DNA of 64,000 nt from Sedimentisphaerales bacterium (GTDB lineage: Bacteria; Planctomycetota; Phycisphaerae; Sedimentisphaerales; Anaerobacaceae): the NCBI GenBank assembly GCA_963708075.1, contig OY970194.1, positions 3,712,001 through 3,776,000 of the forward strand. Reading direction: 5' to 3'. The translations under genes were made by a program, and so were the position numbers. Below the pieces are notes generated by a model. It was not told where the DNA came from, searched no databases, and was given only the letters and a program-made list of their open reading frames with translations. This document shows positions 48,039 to 57,354 of this stretch, piece by piece. Position 1 is the stretch's first letter; each line of letters starts with the position of its first letter.

Positions 48039-49079
48039 ATGATCAGTATCGCGGGAACACTCTCCAAGGCATGGATGCACCAGGTGCTCGGCGTCGTGTT
48101 CGACCGCGATTACTACTTCGATCCGATCTGGCGCCACGCCATCGACTGCCGGTGCAACGAGTACGCCGCCGAGGAATTCCCGGGGATGGGCCTTTTCTAT
48201 TCCGAATCAAATCTGGGGCGGATTCAATATTGGGACAAGGAACAGGTCCAGATCGGGGGCATTCAGCCAAACATGATCCTCGGCATGCTCCTCGGCGCCG
48301 ATTTTCTCCCGGCCGATGATCGCGACGCGGACATCACGCCGGGATGCCTTGCAGGCGTTGATCCCGGTGAGTTGCCCAGTCCCGAGACATTGCTGCGCCA
48401 TGATCTCGTTCGCCTGTTCGACGGTCAGATTGCCCGGATTCAGAGCGAGGGGCAGTTGTGCCCGATCCCCCCATTCTTCTGGGACACCTCAGGCCGAGCG
48501 ACAATCCATGGAGTCCTGACCACTGCCCAGAAATTCTACGGCGAGACCATATTCCTTGACCTGATGAACGACCCTCGCAAATGCCTGAGAATCCTGGACT
48601 GGATCGCGGATGCCTATATCGTGCTTTGCCGGCACTTTGCACAAAAGGCCCATCTGCCCATAACGGATGTCCACGTCGGCGAGTGCTCCGCCTGCATGAT
48701 CAGTCCCGCCCTGACGAAGGAATTCGTCGTGCCGGTGACGTCAAGAATTGCCCGTGCGCTCGGCCCCCTGCGGCTCCATTCCTGCGGGTCCAGCACTCAT
48801 CTGCTGGAGGCCATTTCTGAGATCGACCGCCTGCAATCAGTGGACCTCGGCGGCGAGACCTCGATCCGCAAGGCACGCGAGATCTTCGGCCCGGAGATGT
48901 TGATAAGCATCGCCGCGCTGCCGCGTGACATGTCAGCAGAAAGCTCTGAACCCCTATTGAATTGGGCCGGACGAATCCTCGAAGAGAACGCGGGTGGCAA
49001 CCTTGTGTGCGTCTATCACCTTGAGCCGGCCTACAACCTGGAAGCGATCCGGTCGCTGACCGACTATCTGCGGCAGTGA
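48039..49079 (+). CDS. Uroporphyrinogen decarboxylase / MtaA-CmuA superfamily protein
   Basis: IHGVLTTA, FLDL..DP, MISP....EFV.P, LHSCG. Confidence 0.7.
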   Translation: MISIAGTLSKAWMHQVLGVVFDRDYYFDPIWRHAIDCRCNEYAAEEFPGMGLFYSESNLGRIQYWDKEQVQIGGIQPNMILGMLLGADFLPADDRDADITPGCLAGVDPGELPSPETLLRHDLVRLFDGQIARIQSEGQLCPIPPFFWDTSGRATIHGVLTTAQKFYGETIFLDLMNDPRKCLRILDWIADAYIVLCRHFAQKAHLPITDVHVGECSACMISPALTKEFVVPVTSRIARALGPLRLHSCGSSTHLLEAISEIDRLQSVDLGGETSIRKAREIFGPEMLISIAALPRDMSAESSEPLLNWAGRILEENAGGNLVCVYHLEPAYNLEAIRSLTDYLRQ

Positions 49080-49082
49080 AAT

Positions 49083-49105
49083 CGGTGGAGCAAGCCCCAC
49101 CCTAC
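49083..49105 (-). repeat. GTAG-type REP-like hairpin family D between convergent genes (possible terminator)
   Basis: Minus strand GTAGGGTGGGGCTTGCTCCACCG. Confidence 0.65.
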
Positions 49106-49108
49106 TAC

Positions 49109-50350
49109 TCACCCTTCCTGGATCGTCATTGCCTCACGGTCGTAGTTCTGGCGCCTGCCGGTTTCGAGGGCCTGGAAGCACATGATGCTCGCAACAGAAT
49201 GTGCATACCCTGCCTCGATGGGCGCGTTCGGCTCCTGGCGGGACCTGATACAGTCGAGCCAGTTGCGCATATGCGCTTCCGTCAGGTCGCCCTGCGGGAC
49301 GGGCGCGACGACGACCGGCTCTTTGAGGGCATCTTTGCCGCCGCCATCGGCGCGGGCTGTCCAGGTCTTGATGTCGAACGTGCCCCGAGTGCCGTAGAAA
49401 ATCACCTCCCCAAACGTCTGGCTATTGCCCAGACGGGTGGAGTAGTTCAGCATGAATTCCTTTGGGTATGTCAGGATGCAATCGACTGTATCGGCGTGCT
49501 CACGTCCATCCTTCCAGACGTACACGCCGCCGAGCGCCACGGCCGAGGCGGGGAGAGGATCATCCATGAACCACGTCGCGACGTCCATCCGATGCACCCC
49601 CAGCAGAGCCGGCGTGCCCAGTGTGAAATCTTTGTACAGGTGCCAGCGACGGAAGCGTTTCGCATCGAAGGCCTGGCGCGGCAGATTCATCAGGAAGCCC
49701 TCCCAGTCCACGTCCTCCTGATGGACATCGCTATAGCCGCGAGCCCATCTCGGGCCGGCATCATGATAGAATGCTTCCACCTCGCTGATTTTGCCCAGGA
49801 TGCCGGACTGAACCAGCTCCGCCGCCTTCTTGTGCCGCAGATCACTGCGAAATTGTGTCCCCACCTGCACGACGGCCTTGTTCTGGCGGGCAAGCTTCAC
49901 GGCCTCCTGGGCATACGTCAACTGCGTAGCCATGGGCTTTTCCACGTACACATCCTTTTTCGCCTTGAGGGCATCCACCAGGATGGGGGCGTGCGCGAAA
50001 TCTGCGGTCGCAATAATCACGGCGTCGATATCGGCTCGCGAAAGGACGTCGCCATGCCGCGAGCACGTGTCCGGAACGGTATTCTGTCGCTTTGCCAAGT
50101 CTGCGAGGGTCCTTTTGATATTGACCTTCCATACATCGCACAGGACCTTGATTTCGAGATCGTGCTCGCCTTTCAATCCCAGGGCGGCTTGCATCAGGGC
50201 GTTGCCCCGACCCCCGCAGCCGATCAGGCCGATGGAGATGCGCTCATTGGCTCCAAAAGCCGTTGCGGGAATCAGGGTCGGCATCGCGACGCTCGCAGCG
50301 CCAACCGCTGCATTCTTGACGAATTCCCGGCGACTGGACTTGCTGTTCAT
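49109..50350 (-). CDS. Gfo/Idh/MocA family oxidoreductase with Tat-like signal
   Basis: SRREFV; IGCGGRG; DVYVEKP; VQVGTQ.RS; GVHRMD. Confidence 0.92.
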   Translation of the reverse strand: MNSKSSRREFVKNAAVGAASVAMPTLIPATAFGANERISIGLIGCGGRGNALMQAALGLKGEHDLEIKVLCDVWKVNIKRTLADLAKRQNTVPDTCSRHGDVLSRADIDAVIIATADFAHAPILVDALKAKKDVYVEKPMATQLTYAQEAVKLARQNKAVVQVGTQFRSDLRHKKAAELVQSGILGKISEVEAFYHDAGPRWARGYSDVHQEDVDWEGFLMNLPRQAFDAKRFRRWHLYKDFTLGTPALLGVHRMDVATWFMDDPLPASAVALGGVYVWKDGREHADTVDCILTYPKEFMLNYSTRLGNSQTFGEVIFYGTRGTFDIKTWTARADGGGKDALKEPVVVAPVPQGDLTEAHMRNWLDCIRSRQEPNAPIEAGYAHSVASIMCFQALETGRRQNYDREAMTIQEG

Positions 50351-50385
50351 ATCGAGTCCTCCCTTCTATGCCCCGGACGATCCAT

Positions 50386-50414
50386 GTACGGGCGGGTTTG
50401 AAACCCGCCCCTAC
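50386..50414 (-). repeat. REP-like palindrome family A, best-conserved copy; its TAG is the stop codon of the lactonase gene
   Basis: Minus strand GTAGGGGCGGGTTTCAAACCCGCCCGTAC; ORF ends ..CCG TAG at 50411. Confidence 0.9.
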
Positions 50415-51556
50415 GGATTACCGGAGACGGTGACCATCTTCAGGCAGACGGGCATGGACACCCGGCAGACCTGTCCCGTGGGTATCAACGCGCCAAGGTC
50501 CTGGTTGATGCGAAAGCTGACGATGGTGCCGCTGTCCTGATTGGCAACCAGCAGGAATGTGCCGGATGGGTCAATCGCGAAATTGCGAGGGGTCTTGCCC
50601 TGGGTGGGCTCGTGGCCGAGCAGGCGAAGTCCGCCGGTCTTGTCATCCACTGCGAAGATGGCGATGCTGTTATGCCCGCGGTTGGAGCCATAGAGGAATC
50701 GCCCGGACGGATGCACGTGAATGTCGGCGCACGTGTTCGCACCCTGGAAGCCCGCAGGCAGAGTCCCGATTTTTTGGAAAGGCTTCAGCGTGCCGGCATC
50801 CGCATCGTAGGTATATGCCGCGATTGTGGAGCTGAGCTCCTCGATCACGTACACGTACTTGCCGGTGGGGTGAAAAGCAATGTGCCTCGGCCCTGATCCG
50901 GGCTCGGACCGCACGAAGGGCGGGTCATTGGGTAGCAGTTTGCCCTGCTCGAAATCAGGACGGTAGACCATGACCTTGTCAATCCCCAGGTCCGCCGCCA
51001 ACGCATAGCGATTCCCGGCATCGAGTACGACGCAGTGGGCGTGCGGCCCTTTCTGGCGGTTTGGATTGACGCTGGAGCCTTCATGTTGCACCACACTGGT
51101 GGCGGGTTGCAGCCGGCCGTCGTCGGCGATGGGAAGCATAGCCACGTGGCCGCTGCCATAGTTGGCCACGAAGAGGAACCGGCCCTCGCGGTCAACAGTC
51201 ACATAGCACGGCCCCTGCCCTCCCGACGGCTGCTCGTTCAAGATGGTCAACTCACCTGTGGTCGAATTGCGCGACAAGGCAACCACGGCTCCGCCCTGGC
51301 GGCCGGACTCCCGGACCGCATATATACACCGTCCCTTGGGGTCGATGGCCAGGAACGAGGGGTTCTCCAGACCGGCCGTCTTGCTGACGGATGTCAGGGC
51401 CCCGGTGGAAGGGTCCAGGCGGTAGACGTAGATGCCTTCGCTACCCTTGCCGGTGTATGTCCCCACGTACACCAAGGCGTCCCGGGGTTCTGAGGCCGCC
51501 CACAGCGGCCCCACGGCCAGACAACTCAAGCACATCGCTACGATTGCACGCTTCAT
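50411..51556 (-). CDS. pgl: Lactonase family beta-propeller (6-phosphogluconolactonase, YbhE type)
   Basis: YVGTYT, NPSFL, ANYGSG, PHAH, DLGID, GSGPRH, SNRGHNSI, PRNF, ANQDS. Confidence 0.88.
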   Translation of the reverse strand: MKRAIVAMCLSCLAVGPLWAASEPRDALVYVGTYTGKGSEGIYVYRLDPSTGALTSVSKTAGLENPSFLAIDPKGRCIYAVRESGRQGGAVVALSRNSTTGELTILNEQPSGGQGPCYVTVDREGRFLFVANYGSGHVAMLPIADDGRLQPATSVVQHEGSSVNPNRQKGPHAHCVVLDAGNRYALAADLGIDKVMVYRPDFEQGKLLPNDPPFVRSEPGSGPRHIAFHPTGKYVYVIEELSSTIAAYTYDADAGTLKPFQKIGTLPAGFQGANTCADIHVHPSGRFLYGSNRGHNSIAIFAVDDKTGGLRLLGHEPTQGKTPRNFAIDPSGTFLLVANQDSGTIVSFRINQDLGALIPTGQVCRVSMPVCLKMVTVSGNP

Positions 51557-51644
51557 ATCGCAAGTCCTCACAAGATGATCATCGTTCCATGACCCTGCAT
51601 GCCCGGCTATCCTATCCCCCAAGTCACCCGCATTCAAGCGATGT

Positions 51645-52586
51645 TCAATCACGCGCTTTCGCGGATACTGGTTCCGGCGCCGTCGGCGGCCGGTCAGAGA
51701 TGGAGAACCAGGTCGTGAGCGAGCCCAACACAAGCAGCAGAGATCCCACCCACAGTTCCAGACTTGGCGTCACGTCCAAGTACAAACAACTCACCAAGGT
51801 TGATAGGAGCGGGGTAAAATAAGAGCAGGCAACCACAAGCGACAGGTGGCCCTTTCGCATCGCCGCATCCCAAAGCGAATAAGCCAGCACCGTACAGACG
51901 CCCAGCACTACGGCTTCACCGGCCACTCGCGCGCTCCATGCAAAGGATTCCGTCGAGAAGAAACGCAGGCCCAGAAGCATCAATCCCGTGGCCGGGATGA
52001 ACAGTTCGACAGCCCCACCGGCCCCGGGCCGAGACCAGCGTCGGGCCAGAGTCGAGTACAGCGCCCATGTGACCGCGCCGACAAACGCAAATGCGTAGGC
52101 GGCAGGATTGACCTGCAAGTGTCCCCAGAACGACTGCCATGACACACGAGTGCCTTGCGTAATCACCAGGAACTCGCCTGCCAGGGCGAGCACAGTCCCC
52201 GGCACAAGCAGCAGACTGGCCCGCTTGTGAAGGAGGAGAAGGGAGAACAGGATCGTTGCCGCCGGCCACAGGTAGTTCACCAGTCCAACTTCGAGCACCT
52301 GCTGTCGGTCCGCGGCCGACCCGACCGCCAGGAACAGAAGAACAGTGTACAGGACAAACAGGGAGCCGCAACCAAACACGTACCGACGCGAGAGTGTGAG
52401 GAATCGCTGCATCGGCGCTCGCCGCCACCCGAGTTGCAGCAGGCAAAGCAGGCCGCCAATCAGATAAACGTATGCCCCTGCCGTCAGGGGACCCGTCTGC
52501 TCCGACAGACTGCGAGCCACGGCTACCGTCGTGCTCCAAAGAACGATGGCCGCGAGCCCGCCGCCGGTGCTCCAACTGATATTCAC
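51645..52586 (-). CDS. DMT/EamA transporter, YddG-like
   Basis: AIVLWST, VGLVNYLWP, WALYS, SYFTPLLS; ~10 TM segments. Confidence 0.85.
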   Translation of the reverse strand: MNISWSTGGGLAAIVLWSTTVAVARSLSEQTGPLTAGAYVYLIGGLLCLLQLGWRRAPMQRFLTLSRRYVFGCGSLFVLYTVLLFLAVGSAADRQQVLEVGLVNYLWPAATILFSLLLLHKRASLLLVPGTVLALAGEFLVITQGTRVSWQSFWGHLQVNPAAYAFAFVGAVTWALYSTLARRWSRPGAGGAVELFIPATGLMLLGLRFFSTESFAWSARVAGEAVVLGVCTVLAYSLWDAAMRKGHLSLVVACSYFTPLLSTLVSCLYLDVTPSLELWVGSLLLVLGSLTTWFSISDRPPTAPEPVSAKARD

Positions 52587-52841
52587 GTTACCTTGGCTCA
52601 GAGATCTCTTCCCGGAAAACTTCGCGTCTTATACCACTTGTCATCGCGATCGGCAACCGACCGACGCACATGCCTTCGACGCCGAACGGGACCCAAAACG
52701 CTATGCGGTTCGGGTCAATACGTGTATACTGGACGCGCGAGTGGTGGCCGTGGGCGTATGAACTGCGATCCCTACTGGCCGTATAGCCGCTCGAAATGTT
52801 GTTCGGTTCATGGCTCAGCGACGAGCGGCTGGGCTCACCTC

Positions 52842-52869
52842 GTGCGGGCGGGTCATTATTCGCCTCTGG
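52842..52869. repeat. Degenerate copy of REP-like family B
   Basis: GTGCGGGCGGGTCATTATTCGCCTCTGG versus GTACGGGCGAATCATTATTCGCCCCTAC at 15106 (22/28 by hand). Confidence 0.55.
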
Positions 52870-52900
52870 GTGCCACATGCTCGGTTCGGGTGGGTGCTGT

Positions 52901-55480
52901 ATGGCTTGCTTATCGTCATATACATCGCGTTGCAGCCATGTCATTGGCATCTTTCTGATCGTCTTTTTCCTCGCAGAGGCCCCAGCCGCCACAGGCCAGG
53001 ATTCCAAATCTGAAATTTCAAATTCGAAATCGCTTTTCAAGACGGGCGAGTATGACAAGTGCCTCGAATCGGCCCAGAAGGCCATTAAGGATGGGGCTTA
53101 TTCCATCGAGTGGCACGTCCTTCAGACGGAGTGCTTGCTGGCGTTGGGGCGGTATGAGGAGGCCGCAGCTCACGTCGATGAAGTGCTGAGAGGCTCGCGG
53201 CCGGACATTTGCCTGCTGCGGGTCGCGCACACCGCCTATCAGCACAGCAACCAGGCCGAGAAGGCCACGATGATGCTCGCAACGGCTTACAGGATCGCTA
53301 GTTACCGCCGTTCGGAGTACCTGACCAGTGCGGAGATGGTGGCTCTGGGCCAATGCCTGCTTCTGCTGGGAGCCGAGCCGCGGCTTATCCTGCGAGACTT
53401 CTACAACCGGGTCATCGAGCGCGACCCGAACTGCCGCGAAGCGTACCTCGCCGCCGGCGCACTGGCGGCAGCCAAGCAGGATTACGAGTTGGCCGCAGAA
53501 CGCTACCGCGAAGCCCTTAAGCGATTTGGCGACGATCCGGACGTTCACTACGGGCTGGCCCAGGCGTTCTACTACAGCGACCGAAAAGCGATGATCGCGT
53601 CGCTGGATGCGGCCCTTCACGTGAATCCCAGGCATGCACCGGCGCTGGTCCTGCTGGCTGAGCATCAGATCGACTGCGAAGACCGGGAAGGGGCGGCCAA
53701 ATCGCTGGACCGCGTGCTCGCGGTCAATCCCTGGCATCCGGAGGCCTGGGCGTGCAAGGCGGTCCTGGCCCATTTCGCCAGCGATCCCAATGCCGTCAAT
53801 ACCTGCCGCGCCAGCGCACTGAAGTTCTGGCCGAAGAACCCGCAGGTGGATTACCTCATCGGCAGAAAGCTATCGCAGAATTATCGTTTTGCCGAGGGCG
53901 CCGCCTGTCAACGTCAGGCAGTAGTATTCGATCCCAACTACCTGCCCGCAAAGATCCAACTGGCACAGGATCTGCTACGGCTTGGGGATGAGCACGAGGG
54001 CTGGGCCCTGGCCGATGAGGTGAATAGCAAGGACGCCTACAATGTCGAGGCCTACAACCTCGTCAATCTTCATGATGCGTTGTCCCAGTTCAAGACGCTG
54101 TCGGCGGATGGCTTGCTCGTAAGAATGGACAAGCACGAGGCGGCCGTCTACGGCGACAGAGTCGTCGAGCTGCTCCGGCGCGCCAGGTCCAGGCTGTGTG
54201 GCAAATACGGGCTCAGATTGGATGGGACCGTCACGATCGAGTTGTTCCCCAACCAGCAGGATTTCGCCGTCCGGACGTTCGGCATGCCGGGCGGGGACAG
54301 TTTTTTGGGGGTCTGCTTCGGCAAGGTCATCACGGCCAACAGCCCGAAGGCTGCCAGACCGTCCAACTGGCAATCGATGCTCTGGCACGAGTTCTGCCAC
54401 GTCGTGACGCTGAATCTCACAGGCAACAAAATGCCTCGCTGGCTGAGCGAGGGGATCTCCGTCTATGAGGAGATGCAGGAGAACCCGATCTGGGGCCAGG
54501 CAATGAATCCGCAGTATCGCAAGATGATCCTCGACGGAGGACTGACGCCGATCAGCAATCTCAGCGCCGCGTTCATGAGTCCGCCGACCCCGATGCACCT
54601 GCAGTTCGCTTACTATGAATCCGCCCTTGTGGTGGAGTTTCTCGTTGAGCGATCCGGCTTTGCGTCGCTTAAAGCAATCCTCGCCGACCTGGCAAGAGGA
54701 GAGGAGATCAACGCCGCCATCGCGAGGCACGCCGGGGCGATCAAGGAGATCGAAAACGGTTTCGAAGCCTTTGCCAGGAAGCGGGCGCAGGAGTTGGCCC
54801 CGGATGCAGACTGGGAGCAGCCTGCACGGGACCAGGTCGATCCCGCCGACCATGCGGCGGTCACTCAATGGCTGACCGGCCACCCCAACAACTTCTGGGC
54901 CCTGACGTTGCACACCGGCAACCTCTTGGCCGAGGAAAAGTGGGAACAGGCCAAGGAGCCTCTCCGGAAGCTGATCTCTTTGTACCCAGCGTACGTCGGT
55001 CAGGACAATCCCTATCGACTCCTCGCCCAGGTGCACCATACCCTCGGAGAAACGGAGCAGGAAGCGCAGACGCTCGGCAAATTGGTGGCGCTTTCGCCTG
55101 ATGCCGCCGACGCCTATGACCGCCTTATGGAGATCGGGATGGAGCAGAAAAACTGGATGCAGGTAATCGAAAACAGCGACAGGTATCTTGCAGTGTACCC
55201 TCTGTTATCGGCGGTGTACTTGCGTTCAGGACGGGCGTGCGAAGAGCTTGGGCAACCGGAGCGGGCCATCCAGTCTTATGAGCGTCTGCTCCTGCTGGAC
55301 CCCGCAGACCCGGTCGATGTCCATTATCGCCTGGCACAACTGCTCCAGCAGCACGACCCCGCCGGCGCGAAGAGGCACATTCTTGAAGCCCTCGCCGATG
55401 CCCCACGCTTTCGCCAAGGCCATAAACTGCTACTGAGCATTCCCACTGAGGCGACAACGATCCAGGAGAAGCAGCCATGA
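52901..55480 (+). CDS. TPR-repeat protein with central gluzincin (peptidase MA-like) domain; start uncertain
   Basis: Multiple TPR-like helices on both sides; WHEFCH (HExxH) plus PRWLSEG. Confidence 0.85.
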   Translation: MACLSSYTSRCSHVIGIFLIVFFLAEAPAATGQDSKSEISNSKSLFKTGEYDKCLESAQKAIKDGAYSIEWHVLQTECLLALGRYEEAAAHVDEVLRGSRPDICLLRVAHTAYQHSNQAEKATMMLATAYRIASYRRSEYLTSAEMVALGQCLLLLGAEPRLILRDFYNRVIERDPNCREAYLAAGALAAAKQDYELAAERYREALKRFGDDPDVHYGLAQAFYYSDRKAMIASLDAALHVNPRHAPALVLLAEHQIDCEDREGAAKSLDRVLAVNPWHPEAWACKAVLAHFASDPNAVNTCRASALKFWPKNPQVDYLIGRKLSQNYRFAEGAACQRQAVVFDPNYLPAKIQLAQDLLRLGDEHEGWALADEVNSKDAYNVEAYNLVNLHDALSQFKTLSADGLLVRMDKHEAAVYGDRVVELLRRARSRLCGKYGLRLDGTVTIELFPNQQDFAVRTFGMPGGDSFLGVCFGKVITANSPKAARPSNWQSMLWHEFCHVVTLNLTGNKMPRWLSEGISVYEEMQENPIWGQAMNPQYRKMILDGGLTPISNLSAAFMSPPTPMHLQFAYYESALVVEFLVERSGFASLKAILADLARGEEINAAIARHAGAIKEIENGFEAFARKRAQELAPDADWEQPARDQVDPADHAAVTQWLTGHPNNFWALTLHTGNLLAEEKWEQAKEPLRKLISLYPAYVGQDNPYRLLAQVHHTLGETEQEAQTLGKLVALSPDAADAYDRLMEIGMEQKNWMQVIENSDRYLAVYPLLSAVYLRSGRACEELGQPERAIQSYERLLLLDPADPVDVHYRLAQLLQQHDPAGAKRHILEALADAPRFRQGHKLLLSIPTEATTIQEKQP
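53004..53031. repeat. Heptamer array in frame just after the signal peptide (SKSEISNSKS)
   Basis: ccaaatc-tgaaatt-tcaaatt-cgaaatc. Confidence 0.82.
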
Positions 55481-56334
55481 CAAGACCACGATGGCTCATC
55501 GTTCTATCCTCTGTGCTCGTTGTGGCAGCAGGAGCGACGCTGGCGCAGAGGTACTATGATCGAGGCAGCGTGCCCAACTGGGAGGTGGACAAGGAATTCG
55601 CTCACGATGTCTTCACGTTCGTCCGCATCCGGTACTCCTCGGGATACGGCGGCTACGAATATGGGGGCTACGGCGGCGGATATGGTCGCCGAGGTCGGGG
55701 TTACGGCCGGGGCGGCGGCGGCTGGGCGACGGACTATCCCGACAGCGACCTGAACTTCTCCTATCGGCTGCATCAATTGACCTCCATGGAGGTCAACCCC
55801 GACGGCCTTGTGCTCGAATTGACAGACCCCGAACTGGTCAACTACCCGTTCATCTACCTCCTGGAGCCCGGCCGGCTGGTCTTCAGCGAGCCCGAGGTCG
55901 AGGCGCTGCGAGGCTACCTGCTCAACGGCGGCTTTCTCATGGTCGATGACTTCTGGGGCGAGGCGGAGTGGTACAACTTTTATCGCGAGATCAAGCGGGT
56001 GTTCCCCGACCGCGAGCCGGTCGAGCTGGACCTGGATCACCCGGTCTTCCACGCCGTGTTCGACCTGAAGGAAAAGCCGCAGATCCCCAGCATCAACGTG
56101 GCCCTGGCGGGCCGCGACTATGGCGTCACCTGGGAACGCGACGACGCACGCGAGGTCCACTACAAGGCCATCTACGACGATAAAGGCCGGATGATGGTCA
56201 TCATCTGCCACAACACCGACCTCGGCGACGGCTGGGAACGCGAAGGGGAAAACGAGTGGTACTTCCATGAGTTCTCCGAGAAGAAAGCATATCCGCTGGG
56301 AATCAATATCGTGTTCTACGCGATGACACATTGA
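55477..56334 (+). CDS. DUF4159 domain protein
   Basis: FTFVRIRY, WATDYP, YPFIY, LRGYLLNGGFLMVDDFWG, HNTDLGDGWE, GINIVFYAMTH. Confidence 0.9.
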   Translation: MTRPRWLIVLSSVLVVAAGATLAQRYYDRGSVPNWEVDKEFAHDVFTFVRIRYSSGYGGYEYGGYGGGYGRRGRGYGRGGGGWATDYPDSDLNFSYRLHQLTSMEVNPDGLVLELTDPELVNYPFIYLLEPGRLVFSEPEVEALRGYLLNGGFLMVDDFWGEAEWYNFYREIKRVFPDREPVELDLDHPVFHAVFDLKEKPQIPSINVALAGRDYGVTWERDDAREVHYKAIYDDKGRMMVIICHNTDLGDGWEREGENEWYFHEFSEKKAYPLGINIVFYAMTH

Positions 56335-56349
56335 AATGGGAAATAGTGA

Positions 56350-57354
56350 ATGGCAAATCCTGAGATCTACGAATCTGAGCAATGGGCAGTGGAGCAAATC
56401 AAGGCCGCACGGGAGCGCATTGGGACTGAGCTTTCGAAAGCCATCATCGGCCAGCAGGATGTGATTGAGCACTTGCTGATTGCCGTGTTGTGCGGCGGGC
56501 ACTGCCTTGTCACGGGGGCGCCGGGCCTTGCGAAGACCCTCCTGGTCAAGTCGCTGGCGCAACTGTTTGACCTGAAGTTCCAGCGCATCCAGTTCACGCC
56601 GGACCTCATGCCCGCAGATATCACGGGCACGGAGATCCTCCAGCAGAATGACGGCGAGCGGAGGATGGCTTTCGTCAAAGGACCGATCTTCGCCAACATG
56701 ATCCTCGCTGACGAGATCAACCGGACGCCGCCCAAGACGCAGGCCGCCATGCTCGAAGCGATGCAGGAGCACCACGTGACGGCCGCGGGGGTGTGCTACA
56801 AGCTCGAGGAGCCGTTCTTCGTCTTCGCCACGCAGAATCCCATCGAGATGGAAGGCACGTACCCGCTTCCCGAAGCCCAGCTCGACCGGTTCATGTTCAA
56901 CGTGTCCATAGATTACCTGCCGGAGGATGACGAGGTGGCCGTGGTTCGCCAGACCACCACAACCGAGCCTCAACCCATTGCGAGAGTCTTCACCGGCGAG
57001 GACCTGCTCCGGTTCCACAGCGTGGTGCGCAGGGTCCCCACCGCCGAGGACGTGGTGCGTTACGCCGTAAGGTTGGCTGCCGCGTCGCGGCCGGGTCCCG
57101 GCGCGCTGGATTTCGTCAACGAATGGGTCACATGGGGAGCGGGCCTGCGCGCCTCGCAGTACATGGTGCTCGGCGCCAAGGCCCGGGCACTGCTCTACGG
57201 CAGATCGCATGTCAATTTCGATGATATTCGGGCGCTTGCTCTTCCGGTGCTTCGCCATCGGCTGCTGATCAACTACCGTGCCGAGGCTGAGGGCGCCGGT
57301 GTCGAGACTCTCGTGGACCGCCTGCTCAAGTCCGTGAAGGAGAAGATCAAGTGA
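56350..57354 (+). CDS. MoxR family AAA+ ATPase
   Basis: GAPGLAKT, RIQFTPDLMPADI, LADEINR, ATQNPIE.EGTYPLPEAQLDRF. Confidence 0.96.
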   Translation: MANPEIYESEQWAVEQIKAARERIGTELSKAIIGQQDVIEHLLIAVLCGGHCLVTGAPGLAKTLLVKSLAQLFDLKFQRIQFTPDLMPADITGTEILQQNDGERRMAFVKGPIFANMILADEINRTPPKTQAAMLEAMQEHHVTAAGVCYKLEEPFFVFATQNPIEMEGTYPLPEAQLDRFMFNVSIDYLPEDDEVAVVRQTTTTEPQPIARVFTGEDLLRFHSVVRRVPTAEDVVRYAVRLAAASRPGPGALDFVNEWVTWGAGLRASQYMVLGAKARALLYGRSHVNFDDIRALALPVLRHRLLINYRAEAEGAGVETLVDRLLKSVKEKIK

